A stretch of 64,000 bases of DNA from Octopus bimaculoides (lineage: Eukaryota): the NCBI RefSeq assembly GCF_001194135.2, contig NC_068986.1, positions 90,562,953 through 90,626,952 on the forward strand, given 5' to 3'. A model generated the notes under the pieces. It saw nothing but the letters and a program-made list of their open reading frames with translations. It had not been told where the DNA came from and searched no databases. Shown in pieces: positions 38,141-50,879 of the stretch. The stretch's first letter is position 1, and each line of letters starts with the position of its first letter. A program made the translations under genes and the position numbers.

Positions 38141-39394
38141 TCAGGTCACCCCATAAGTTCTGTCCGATTTTACCTTTTTTAAAATTGAATGAAATTTAAT
38201 AGTATTTTAGAATGTCTAATGGAATTAAAAATTATTTTTATGCATTTGTGTACATTTAAACAAATTATATATTATTTTACAGAATAATAGAATCAAAATT
38301 TCTTTGATTAAAACCCTTTCTAACATGGAAGTATCCAAAGAGCATTTGAGGNNNNNNNNNNNNNNNNNNNNNNNNNNNNNNNNNNNNNNNNNNNNNNNNN
38401 NNNNNNNNNNNNNNNNNNNNNNNNNNNNNNNNNNNNNNNNNNNNNNNNNNNNNNNNNNNNNNNNNNNNNNNNNNNNNNNNNNNNNNNNNNNNNNNNNNNN
38501 NNNNNNNNNNNNNNNNNNNNNNNNNNNNNNNNNNNNNNNNNNNNNNNNNNNNNNNNNNNNNNNNNNNNNNNNNNNNNNNNNNNNNNNNNNNNNNNNNNNN
38601 NNNNNNNNNNNNNNNNNNNNNNNNNNNNNNNNNNNNNNNNNNNNNNNNNNNNNNNNNNNNNNNNNNNNNNNNNNNNNNNNNNNNNNNNNNNNNNNNNNNN
38701 NNNNNNNNNNNNNNNNNNNNNNNNNNNNNNNNNNNNNNNNNNNNNNNNNNNNNNNNNNNNNNNNNNNNNNNNNNNNNNNNNNNNNNNNNNNNNNNNNNNN
38801 NNNNNNNNNNNNNNNNNNNNNNNNNNNNNNNNNNNNNNNNNNNNNNNNNNNNNNNNNNNNNNNNNNNNNNNNNNNTGCAAAGGAGTAATTCACTTTGAAT
38901 TGTTACCACCTAATGCAACAATCAATGCTCAAATCTACTGTCAGCAATTAGAGCGTTTGAACCAAGCTTTGAAGAAAAAATGACCCGCTTTAGTGAATCG
39001 AAAAGGAGTGATGTTTCATCAGGACAATGCGTGATCCCACACTACAAAGATCACATCACAGAAGATCGAGGAGTTTGGTTGGGAAAAAATTCCTCATCCA
39101 CCTTATTCTCCCGATCTTGCTCCTTCAGACTACCATTTGTTTCGTAGTTTACAGAATAATTTGGGGGACATAACTTTCGCAAGCCAGGAGGAGGTCGAAA
39201 CTTACATTTCAGAGTTCTTCGCTGTGAAACCAAAAGAGTTTTACATTGATAGAATTAAAAAGCTTGTAAATAGACGGAAGGAAGTCATAGATAATCAGGG
39301 AAAGTACATTGATGATTAAATTTCAGTTAAATATAACATTTGATCACTTGTTTTCTTTATTCAAAATTCGGACAGAACTTATAGGATGACTTGA
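38141..39394 (+). mobile_element. Full-length-sized mariner element (transposase disrupted, partly in a gap)
   Basis: ~30-bp TIRs tcaggtcaccccataagttctgtccga / tcggacagaacttataggatgacttga with TA flanks; ATG 38325 (MEVSKEHLR); FHQDNA, HPPYSPDLAPSDYHLF, GKYIDD* at 39319; in-frame stops. Confidence 0.95.
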
Positions 39395-40299
39395 TAGGAT
39401 TTCCAACGAATAAAGTCATAACATGCAACTAGAGTTTTTTTCAATTCTTGCAGTTTGTTTTTCAAATTCTTACTAATTTGGAATAAGCGCTGGTTAAAAG
39501 TTAATTACAAAATACTTGAATATTTTGTTATTCTTTCTGTTTTCGTCCCCTGATGCCATTGTTAATTCAATAAAAGATCTAATGTTTGAGAACCAATTGT
39601 TTATATTTCAATATTTGGTCTGTGAATTCTGATGGATTTGCATTGAGTTTCTTCTCATTTCTTTTACCTCTCCCCTTTGTATTTTAAGTATATTATTATT
39701 TTATACGCTTTTTCCATTACGCTCACCACTATCTATACACTGGGTACTGAAATATAGGGGTTGATATTTATTATGTTTATTAGATAAATTGGTTTGCATT
39801 ATAAATCAATAACTGCAAAGATATTGTAAATATGCACAAAGATATTGTAAGTATGCATGATATCAATTATGAAATTGTACTAACAGCTGGTGTCTGCAAG
39901 CGCAACTTTCTTCAGTCTTATTAAATTTTTACTTATATCAGACTGTTTTTTCTGAACATAAGGGTCATCTTTATGCTCATAAGGTAAGTGAATGTTTGGA
40001 AAGTTATATTTAATGATTTAATAGAATTGTATATTTATCTTAACGTTTCGGATAGCTATGATAATGTTTTAGTTTTTCTTTTTCCTGGATTCTGATTTCA
40101 TTTAGAATATAATATTTAGACGTTACATATTTATGAATAAACATAACCGCTAAAAAACGAACCGGTGTGTTAAGAACATAATGAGCTGGCATTTTTCTTA
40201 AATGTTATAAAATTTTCAATAAATTTAACGAAAGAAACATAGTGTACTCGCAGACTTGATAAATATAATATAAAACATATCCGAAAAATGATAAACCAA

Positions 40300-40345
40300 C
40301 GCTTTAATAATAAACCAACGTTGTAATGATAAACCAACGTTTTAA
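40300..40345. repeat. 20-bp minisatellite x3 (aatgataaaccaacgtt..)
   Basis: Direct reading from ~40287. Confidence 0.85.
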
Positions 40346-40419
40346 TCTCTTACTCTCTACAGTATACTCTTGCTCTCTACAGTACTTTCGGTAGGATATT
40401 TCAGTGTGCCCCCTTTCAA

Positions 40420-41199
40420 AGTAAGTTAATCCTTCCAAACCAAACAACTATCATCCCATTGCTTTCACTTCCAACGTCTTCAAAATAATGGAGACAACTA
40501 TTGACAATGACGCTCTCCATAACTTTGAATCTCTCGCTCCTCATCGACTACTTGCACGGTGTCCACAGAACCAGATCCACTGGAAATTTATTCTCTTGTG
40601 TCACCCAAAATCTTTGAAGAATTTTGGCAAAAGCAATGTTGTTGCCATAGACATCAGCATAGCCTTCGACCGTGTCTGGTATGCCAATCTCCTATCAAAA
40701 CTTGCCGCATATCTTCGTTCGGTATCTTTATATCACATTGCGATATTGTGGCGTGTGTGCTCATAGAATTTCGGACCCATTCTGAATCAATTCTGTTGTT
40801 CCCCATGGTTCGATTCTGTCCCTATCCTCTTCCTTCTATACATTAATGATATACTTACCACCACATCTAACACTATTACACAGATGACAAGACCATTCAC
40901 CACTTCCTAATTTTCTCTGACCATGCTCCGTTCACACGCAACTTACACACACGTCGAACCTGCATTAATTCCATAAGGAGAGTCCCTGAGAGCATCGCCA
41001 GCCTTGTCTCTTTTACCAGCCCCAAAGATCAAATACTAGTCATATCAAGAATACACCACTGCACTACACCTCTTCTAAACATGTTTGGTACTCAACTAGA
41101 GCTTTCATAGTCACTCCAAATGCTGGGCTTCTCCTGGCGAAAGCACATCCTTAACATAGCTAGGATCTCATTCTAAAAAAATGACCCATCTCTCTAGAG
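40420..41199 (+). mobile_element. Jockey-like/CR1-group LINE RT fragment
   Basis: NYHPIAFTSNVFKIMET, VAIDISIAFDRVWYANLLSKL, PHGSILS..LFLLYIND, LSWRKHILNIA. Confidence 0.85.
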
Positions 41200-42200
41200 C
41201 AGTGGTTCCCAAATTTTTACGAGTTATCGCCCCTTTGGCTCCTAGATTACATTCCTAGCGCCCCACTCCATCACCATAAACATAGATCCCTTTCTATTGC
41301 AAATTCGAAACAACTATATTCCACATATAAAACTTAATCTAGTTAACCCATTATTTTATTGTTTTTACAATATTAAAGAGCAAATTTACATTTCACCTGT
41401 AACTATGTTGTTTTATATTTTTACTGCGATGGTTGTACTTTGTGCAGGGGCATCAGCTTCCCAACATCAGGCTGAAAGACACTAAGAAATAGTCTTAGAT
41501 TCAATCTGGTTTTACCTTGCTTAGAAAGAAGCTGGGCTCGCTTAACTGAATATGACATTAGGAAGGCAATAAAGTATATTTTGACTTTGTTCCACAGTGC
41601 AGGGTAGCAGTCAGCAATGTTCTTTTCAGTAAAAAAATTCCGATATAACGTTTAAAGTTTGGCCTCAGCTTAATGTCATTTTAAAGTGAAACTAGTTCCT
41701 CCTCCACTAGTCTTGTTTCCTCATTACAGATATCTAGGAATCACCCAGACTAGTATTTTAAGCAAAAATAGATATCCTGAAGTTTGTCAGATGTGACAGG
41801 TATGAACAATATACTTGCATATCATCTTTTGGTATACACTTTTCCTTCTTCAGTTCGGAGGGGCACTGAAACTGGAAGAACTCAAGACGGCTTACGTTAC
41901 GTTTGAATAACTTTAACTCGGACAGAAACGTGGAGAAGGTTGATTTTACATTGATAAGGTTTAACCTCATTTCCTTGCTGTTGCTAATTAATTTCAGCTG
42001 TTACAAATTAATTTCAGCTGTTGCAAATTAATTTCAGCTGCTGCAAATTCATTTGAGCTTTGTGAGCCCTGCCTGATGCTTTTTAGTTCATCGCAAAGAA
42101 CATAATTAGAGTCTTGCAAGAATTCAACAACTGTTTTAATAAAAGAATAGAAACTTTCAGGTAGTTTCCCATTACCATCCATCGAACCTCCGTATGCAAC
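41200..42200 (-). mobile_element. hAT (Buster/Charlie-type) transposon, 3' end and transposase C-terminus
   Basis: TIR CAGTGGTTCCCAAA at 41200 preceded by CTCTAGAG (nnnTAnnn); FIKTVVEFLQDSN.VLCDELK, STFLSELKLFKRN...IPKDDMQVYC. Confidence 0.85.
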
Positions 42201-43169
42201 AACAATAGTTCAAAATCTTTATCATTCTCAATGCAGAGCTGTTGAAACAGAAAGGAAATGAGAGCTTGTGCAATATATGCGTCCGTTTGAGTGTGTGCCT
42301 ATACATAAGGGTATGTATATGTATGAGGATGTATAAGGATAAATATATTTATATATGATATAATAATATAAATAGAAAAAAAAATATATATGCATGTATA
42401 CATATATGTACATACTTGACTTTGGTGTTCCATCTACAGCTCAAAAACGAAATACTGACTATTTTTTGATATCTGCTTCCAGTCGTCATACAGATGATAA
42501 CTCTTGAGCTACGAGCAAGAAACTTTTATTGCTTGGCAAAGAGGATTCATTTAACTGTGAGATAAATTTGGTTGTTCTGTATATTCTAGATGTTAAAACA
42601 TCCCACATTTTGAAACACATGTAATATGCATTCCAGAGAAAAAAAAACAACAAAACTCGTACTTCCACCTCTTCATTTAAAGTTAAAATTAAAAACAAAA
42701 GCGAGAAATTCCAGTTTATACATGATAGCTTTTCCAACTTTTTTCACTGTAAAAATACAAATTACAAGTGTTTCAAAACGTGGATCACTACTACATGATG
42801 AAAAATAAAAACGGAAAATGAATGGTGACTTGTGTTCCAAAGATACGATGCGGGGATGGGTAGACGTTTGAAAGAATATGAATTAAAAAGTATTATTCTA
42901 AAGAAAGTCTGCTCGTGAGTATTTTAAAATGTGGGATACTTGTAAAATGTGGGAAAATGCCGAAAAAATCCGAGAGGTTCCGATTCTGAAAGCCTGACAA
43001 ATATATAATTAAATGCCGTTGTTTTGAATTCGTAATGATAGAGTTTGTAAGATATAAACTTGAAAAAATGGTCAAAAACACTGAAAATCAGAAAGATTAG
43101 GTTGTTAAAATGATGGGCTCCAACTGAAACTTCACTATGCTAACGTTGTGTACCTCTTACCGGTACTTC

Positions 43170-43235
<66 letters not shown>

Positions 43236-44221
43236 NNNNNNNNNNNNNNNNNNNNNNNNNNNNNNNNNNNNNNNNNNNNNNNNNNNNNNNNNNNNNNNNN
43301 NNNNNNNNNNNNNNNNNNNNNNNNNNNNNNNNNNNNNNNNNNNNNNNNNNNNNNNNNNNNNNNNNNNNNNNNNNNNNNNNNNNNNNNNNNNNNNNNNNNN
43401 NNNNNNNNNNNNNNNNNNNNNNNNNNNNNNNNNNNNNNNNNNNNNNNNNNNNNNNNNNNNNNNNNNNNNNNNNNNNNNNNNNNNNNNNNNNNNNNNNNNN
43501 NNNNNNNNNNNNNNNNNNNNNNNNNNNNNNNNNNNNNNNNNNNNNNNNNNNNNNNNNNNNNNNNNNNNNNNNNNNNNNNNNNNNNNNNNNNNNNNNNNNN
43601 NNNNNNNNNNNNNNNNNNNNNNNNNNNNNNNNNNNNNNNNNNNNNNNNNNNNNNNNNNNNNNNNNNNNNNNNNNNNNNNNNNNNNNNNNNNNNNNNNNNN
43701 NNNNNNNNNNNNNNNNNNNNNNNNNNNNNNNNNNNNNNNNNNNNNNNNNNNNNNNNNNNNNNNNNNNNNNNNNNNNNNNNNNNNNNNNNNNNNNNNNNNN
43801 NNNNNNNNNNNNNNNNNNNNNNNNNNNNNNNNNNNNNNNNNNNNNNNNNNNNNNNNNNNNNNNNNNNNNNNNNNNNNNNNNNNNNNNNNNNNNNNNNNNN
43901 NNNNNNNNNNNNNNNNNNNNNNNNNNNNNNNNNNNNNNNNNNNNNNNNNNNNNNNNNNNNNNNNNNNNTATATATATATATATATGAATGCACATATATT
44001 TATATACGCACACAGATGCACAAGCACGTATAGTTTATATACCAACACACACACATATATGCGTCTGTGTGTATGTGTTTGTATACATAAGGGTATGTAT
44101 ATGTATGAGGATGTATAAGGATATATACATTTACATATGATATGATAATATAAATAAAAAATCATATATATGCATATATACATATATGTACGTACTTACA
44201 TATATATGTATTAATATATGC

Positions 44222-44640
44222 ACATATAGGTACAGGACGTCACAAAACGTAAACAACATGAAATACGAAAACGACATGGATTACGATATACGAAAACATG
44301 AAATACGAAGGCAAACCTGGGTATGTGAACAACGAGAGAAACAAATGGAAACAAGACAAGTAACATGAAGAACAGCCCTTCATCAGTTGTCGGCTGTTCA
44401 TCTACGCCACATTTCGAGCAATACACGACAATATATGTCTTCGGTAACAGTTGCTCCCGCAAACCAAAATAAAATTTGGGATTTTGCGGAGGGTCAAAGT
44501 TGGTAACAAAAACAGGACATGCAACAAACAAAACGAAACGAAAACAAAAAGGGTGAGAACATTAGGCCAGGCAAGGTAAGGTAGCGAACGCTGTAAGGAT
44601 ATTTTTTGATAAGAGAAAAGAATGGAGAGGAGACAGACAA
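44222..44640. repeat. Unclassified interspersed repeat
   Basis: Complex purine-rich sequence resembling a recurrent octopus repeat, from memory; no coding motif. Confidence 0.4.
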
Positions 44641-44789
44641 GAATGCCTCTGGTCTGTAGCGACAGACTGAAGTAAAAGAAAGATGATCACGTGAGGAAAT
44701 GGAAGATGGACGATGATCACGTGTGAGCAACGAGAGAGAGAGAGTAAAGGAGGAAGAGGGAGAGAGAGAGAGACAGATAGAAAACTGTG

Positions 44790-45014
44790 AAGGCGGTGAG
44801 CTGGCAGAAACGTTAACACGCCGGGCGAAATACTTAGCGGTATTTCGTCTGCCGCTACGTTCTGAGTTCAAATTCCGCCGAGGTCGACTTTGCCTTTCAT
44901 CGATTAAATAAGTACCAGTTACGCACTGGGATCGATTTAATCGACTTAATCCGTTTGTCTGTCCTTGTTCGTCACCTCTGTGTGTAGCTCCTTGTGGGCA
45001 GTAAAGAAATAAGA
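44790..45014 (+). mobile_element. SINE family A, full length
   Basis: ggcggtgagctggcagaaacgttaacacgcc...B box gagttcaaattcc...tail gtgggcagtaaagaaataag. Confidence 0.95.
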
Positions 45015-45766
45015 AAACGGTGAAGGAGAGAAAAAAGGATTAGAGAAAGGATGAGAGAANNNNNNNNNNNNNNNNNNNNNNNNNNNNNNNNNNNNNNNNN
45101 NNNNNNNNNNNNNNNNNNNNNNNNNNNNNNNNNNNNNNNNNNNNNNNNNNNNNNNNNNNNNNNNNNNNNNNNNNNNNNNNNNNNNNNNNNNNNNNNNNNN
45201 NNNNNNNNNNNNNNNNNNNNNNNNNNNNNNNNNNNNNNNNNNNNNNNNNNNNNNNNNNNNNNNNNNNNNNNNNNNNNNNNNNNNNNNNNNNNNNNNNNNN
45301 NNNNNNNNNNNNNNNNNNNNNNNNNNNNNNNNNNNNNNNNNNNNNNNNNNNNNNNNNNNNNNNNNNNNNNNNNNNNNNNNNNNNNNNNNNNNNNNNNNNN
45401 NNNNNNNNNNNNNNNNNNNNNNNNNNNNNNNNNNNNNNNNNNNNNNNNNNNNNNNNNNNNNNNNNNNNNNNNNNNNNNNNNNNNNNNNNNNNNNNNNNNN
45501 NNNNNNNNNNNNNNNNNNNNNNNNNNNNNNNNNNNNNNNNNNNNNNNNNNNNNNNNNNNNNNNNNNNNNNNNNNNNNNNNNNNNNNNNNNNNNNNNNNNN
45601 NNNNNNNNNNNNNNNNNNNNNNNNNNNNNNNNNNNNNNNNNNNNNNNNNNNNNNNNNNNNNNNNNNNNNNNNNNNNNNNNNNNNNNNNNNNNNNNNNNNN
45701 NNNNNNNNNNNNNNNNNNNNNNNNNNNNNNNNNNNNNNNNNNNNNNNNNNNNNNTATATATATATA

Positions 45767-46800
45767 TCTTACTATAATGGGCGTTATATCCGTCTGTCTA
45801 TTCCCTCTCCACGGTCAAATGGCTGGACCAATGGTCACGATTTTTTTCGGGATTACGAAGGAGGTAATCAGGAAGGTTTTTAGCGAAAAAAAAAATGTGA
45901 TAAAGTATGATTATTTAGTGGATATTGAGTTTTGTATTAATAAATCACCTTTGATTTTTTTTTTTCTGTGTGAAAATTTCGGCGACGCGGATTAACTCTG
46001 GATTCTCCCACCCGTAAAGTTCGTGAATTTAGAGGGTTTAGATTTACGATACTATCCCTTTATTTCCCATTGTAGATGGGCAGCTTTGCTATCTTACTAT
46101 AATGAGTGTTATTTCTGTCTCTCCGTCTCTTTGTCTGTTCCCTCTTCACGGCCAGACGGCTGGACCAATGGTTACGGTATTTTTCGGGATTACAAAAAGT
46201 GTCTTGAGGAAGGTTTTAGCATTAAAAAATCAGAAAGTATGACTATTACGTGGATATCGATTTTTGAATTGATAACCACCTTCGCATTTTATAAAAAATT
46301 TACCGACAACGAACGAATAACTCTTATTTTCATCATATAGTTCGTGGCCCTATCGTAGGTACAAAGGGGGTCGCGAGGACGGTTAATAGCGAAAATAAAA
46401 TGGAAAAAGTGTGTCAGTATATAGTATGTGTGATTATTTAGTGGTTATTGAAGTGTGTCAGTCTCGAGCTGGATTCAAAACGGTTAATCGAAGCGGCTGT
46501 TGTTTACATCTCAGTTTTGTCAATCAAAATAACCCATGGTACCAGAACATCCAGACATTATTGGCATGGAACAGTGAGAGGTAAGTCTTAGCTTGATGTT
46601 TTGCAATCCTAAAGTTTTCCCTCGCACATCCACAACAAACAATGCATAGGGCAAGATCGTGTAGGTGTATTTTTTACCCATCCCGATGTTTACACACGGC
46701 CAATTATACGTCGCTATGGGTAGAGCAACGGATTCCAGTATTTTGAAAATTAGTGTCGATCAAACAGAAAATATCGTCTATAAAGAAGTTTTGTAATCAT
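45767..46800 (+). mobile_element. Helitron array: two TC-starting 5' ends plus helicase C-terminus
   Basis: TCTTACTATAAT at 45767 and 46092; hairpin CCCAT-TGTAG-ATGGG at 46066-46080; PMFTHGQLYVAMGRA...TENIVYKEVL* at ~46680-46795. Confidence 0.8.
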
Positions 46801-46927
46801 ATCGATATTATCGCAAGGAATATGATTCATAATTTAAATAAGGAAACTTGTGAACTCTGAATGTATAAGAGTATAAACAACATTTTTTTCTTAATACTTT
46901 TTATGTAGTGATCGCAGGAAGCTCTGG

Positions 46928-47535
46928 CTTTCGTAAACAAATCGGAAAGGCTTTGTAAGTTACGGATAGAAAGCTACTATGGAAGACTCATAGTATAATA
47001 ATATATCATCATAATATACATTCTCCGATTGAAGCGACAATTTTTAAATACAAACAAATGACCGAAAAATGATGAGCTAACTCTAGTCGGAATCGAACCC
47101 ATAGTAGCTTTCTCTCCGTAATATATGTAGTATTAGACAGTTTAAGCATATATTCATTAAGTTCGGTTGAAATTGATGGGTGAGCGTTTGGCCTAATCGC
47201 ATGCGCAAGGAGCCATGTTAGCATTGATCTGTGGGCTCGATTCTGGCTAGAGCTAGCTTATCATTTTTCGGTCATTTGTTTGTATTTAATAATTATCGCT
47301 ACAAATCGGAGAATATGTATTATGATATATTATTATACAGTTATTATTATACTATGAGTCTTCCATAGTAGCTTTCTCTCCGTAACTTACAAAGCCTTTT
47401 CTGGCTTGTTTACAAATATTATATGTAGTATTAGACAGTTAAAGTATATAGTCATTAAATTTGGCTGTAATTGATGGGTGGACGTTTGGCCCAATGGGAG
47501 GCGCAAGATGCCATGCTAGCATTGATTTGTGGGTT
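46928..47535. repeat. Inverted-plus-tandem repeat with tRNA-like heads
   Basis: 46928-47101 is the reverse complement of 47232-47413; unit 47120-47240 is repeated at ~47420-47535 with A-box-like TGGCCYAAT and B-box-like GGTTCGA. Confidence 0.7.
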
Positions 47536-47765
47536 CGAAAACTAAAACACCTGTTTGTTGCTTATGCACCTGTCTTCGTCTTTTGTTTTCCTGNNNNNNN
47601 NNNNNNNNNNNNNNNNNNNNNNNNNNNNNNNNNNNNNNNNNNNNNNNNNNNNNNNNNNNNNNNNNNNNNNNNNNNNNNNNNNNNNNNNNNNNNNNNNNNN
47701 NNNNNNNNNNNNNNNNNNNNNNNNNNNNNNNNNNNNNNNNNNNNNNNNNNNNNNNNNNNNNNNNN

Positions 47766-47828
<63 letters not shown>

Positions 47829-48274
47829 TACGTGAATATATGTATATGTATATATTTACATGTAAAAATATATATATACATAAATCTATATATATATGTG
47901 TGTGTGTGTGTGGTGTGTGTGTGTATGTTTGTGCTCGTGTGAGTACTTTCTTTGAATTTTGTCGTTGCTTTTCCTCACGTCGCCATTATCCTTGTTGACG
48001 CTGCTTTTGGTCAGTAACATATCTTTCTAAGGAATTCCCATGGGAATTTTATGACCTGCTTCGTAGTAAACTTTAAAATTTTTCTTTTCTATTTATTTTT
48101 CTTCTTGTTCTTGAGAAGAAAAAAAACATGAGGCAACTTTTTATAGATCGATTTTAAACACTATTTTCTAAACCAGATAAAAATAGACTATACATCACAT
48201 GAAAGGATAGAGGAGATAGACTGATGTTAATGCAACTGTCGCTAAAATTAGTGGCCATCTATCACTGGATCCTT

Positions 48275-49330
48275 AAATTGTCTACAAGTACAAAAGTACT
48301 AAGAAACTGTTTTCAGTTTCAGAAGAAGCCAAGGAATGTGTAAAAGAGTTGAGGATCAAGGTGACTGAGGTACAACAAGGGGAAACAGAAGAACCTCCTG
48401 ATGAAGCAAAACAAGTACAAACACAAGCCAAATCAGATAGAATCTCAGAGTTGCGTAACAGATAAAAGGTAAGGCTTTGCTGGCAAATACCGTACAAAGG
48501 CCAGTGATCCTGATGTTGATATAAATATGGCCCATCAGTGATTGGCTGACTCTAGACTTAAATCAGAAACAGAGAGTTTTATAATTGCAGCTCAGGATCA
48601 GTTTCTGCCCGCCAGAAACCAGGAAGCATCCTTTAAAATGGTGCCGATCCTGACTACCGCTTTTGTGGTGGAACCATAGAAACAATCGACCATCTCATCT
48701 TTGGATTATCTTTTCATATATAATTACAATCATAGACTTGGTGAGTATTCGCAGCGGGTCAAATCTGAACTCCCAAGAACTGGTGGATGCATAGTGGGGC
48801 TTTAGGATTCAAACTGATCGAACTATTAAGCCTAATAAACCAGATAGAGTTGTAAAAATCACATTGATAAAACAGGTTTGTTCATAGAGTTGCCAATCGC
48901 TGCAAACATTCTAAGAGTTAAGTAAATACAAGGACCTTGAAAAATAGGTTTCAAACATGTGACATCTAAGAACAACGACTGTATCAGTGATCATCGAAGC
49001 TTCAGGGATAATACCAAATGGCACCTTTAAACACTATGGTCGGATACCTGTAACTCCAAAATATCAGAATTACAAAAAATTGTTCTCAAGGATACTGCCC
49101 ACATCCTAAGAAAAACATTGTCATTTCAACCTGAAAATGCCTGATTCTCTAAAAGCTCTTTCAAAACTGAAATATTACAAAGTTAAAAGAATCTTAGTTA
49201 CGAGATTCTGATCTCCTTCCAGTACAATATATTATTGCCAATCATAAATAACACCTTCAGCAAAACGTCCAACACACTGTCACTTCAGGTCTCTGGTTGA
49301 GACTTCAAAACACTTGTGTAAAAAACAAAG
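48275..49330 (+). mobile_element. R4/Dong-type non-LTR element 3' part
   Basis: LKSETESFIIAAQDQ, ETIDHLI, IQTDRTIKPNKPD, then a (TAA/TGA)n tail. Confidence 0.85.
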
Positions 49331-49389
49331 CAACAATATAAATAATAATAATGATAATAATAATGATAATAATAATAATGATGAAGATA

Positions 49390-49421
<32 letters not shown>

Positions 49422-49446
49422 GATGATGATGATGATAATAATAATG

Positions 49447-50660
49447 CCGACCTATAGCATGCCTCACCATCATATAAACTATTAACATCTATAATAACCT
49501 ATAAAGCATATGAATTCTCGGGCAATAGGAAGTTATTCCCAGTGGAACAAAAGGGATGTAAAAGGAGTTCATATAGATGTAAGGACCAATTGCTAATTGA
49601 TAAAATGGTCATTGAAAATTGCAAATCCAAACGCAGAAACCTTAGCACCGCTTGGTTAGATTACAAGAAGGCTTTTGACAGTGTCCTTCATGCATGGATC
49701 ATCAAGGCCCTGAAAATTTACAAGTTAGCTCCAATTGTGAACTTTTTAAAAGTAATCATGGATTCGTAGAGAACCACCGTCATTTTAAACAATATTACAA
49801 GGATATACCACCTCACCAGACATCAATATCGCCTGTGGTATCTTTCAAGGTGACTCATTATCACCATTACTATTCTGCCTCGCTCTGTTCCCTTTATCCA
49901 CGCAACTGAATAACGCTAAGAGAAGGTATAAGATCTTTAATCAGAAAATTAATCATCTACTCTATATGGATGATCTAAAACTGTTTACCAAAAATGACAA
50001 ATAATTAGAAGAGCCCTTGAATATTGTCAAAGAATTCAACTCTGATTCAGGTATGAAATACAACTTGACAAATGTGCAAAAGCTACTTTCAAGGCAGGGA
50101 AGTTCATAAAAGCAGAAAACATTGAATTTGATACTACTACAGCTATTCGAAACCTAGACCAATCCGAAATATACAAATATATGGGAACCAATGAATGTGG
50201 TGGTATTCAGCACTTTAAAATGAAAGAGAAAATCCGCAAGAAATGCTACCGAAGGGTAAGAATGATCTTAAACTCAGAATTAAATGCTGCTAACAGAATT
50301 AATGCGATCAATTTTTTTGGCCATACCAATAACCGCGGTATCATTAAGTGGAGTCTCACTGACATGCAGAATATAAATGGAAAGACCCGTAAAATCTTTA
50401 TAAGGTACCGAATGCACTATCCAAAATCAGATGTAAACAGGATTTATCTCCGAAGAAAAATAGGTGGAATAGGCCTGATACAGCTCGAACAATCCTTCAA
50501 ATCAACAATAATAGGCCTTAAAACATAACTTAATACAACAAGTGGTGTGCTCTTATGAACTGCACTGAAGCATGAAGATTCCAAGCAGGCTCCAGTCATG
50601 AAGCTTAGTAAGAAATTTAAAAAGTCTCTTGGCCTACAAGTTAACAATAAGAATGACCAA
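49447..50660 (+). mobile_element. R4/Dong-type reverse transcriptase fragment
   Basis: EQKGCK...CKDQLLIDK, AWLDYKKAFDSV, GIFQGDSLSPLLF, HLLYMDDLKLF, RIYLRRKIGGIGL. Confidence 0.93.
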
Positions 50661-50879
50661 AGACACCCAAATGCTTCTCCTGATTTAGAAATTAACAATC
50701 AGAAAGACCAAAGAGATCCAAATAGTGACAAATCTATCATTGATGCAAATGATTGTGTTGAATGTGCCTGGTGTGCCCTTATCGGGTAGTCATGATGGGT
50801 ATACTGGTCTTCCTATATATTTTACCCTAGTGTCACTTTGATGGTATACACTGCTCTCTCACTCAATAATAAGAATAAT

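Noticed and set aside
42486-42620. Possible Penelope RT fragment (TTKFISQL..LP..FLLVA)
   Set aside because: Too short and lacks the catalytic Asp motif.
44360-44420. CTGATGAAG on the minus strand as a hammerhead
   Set aside because: No downstream stem II plus GAAA; the upstream GAAA does not give a valid type II fold.
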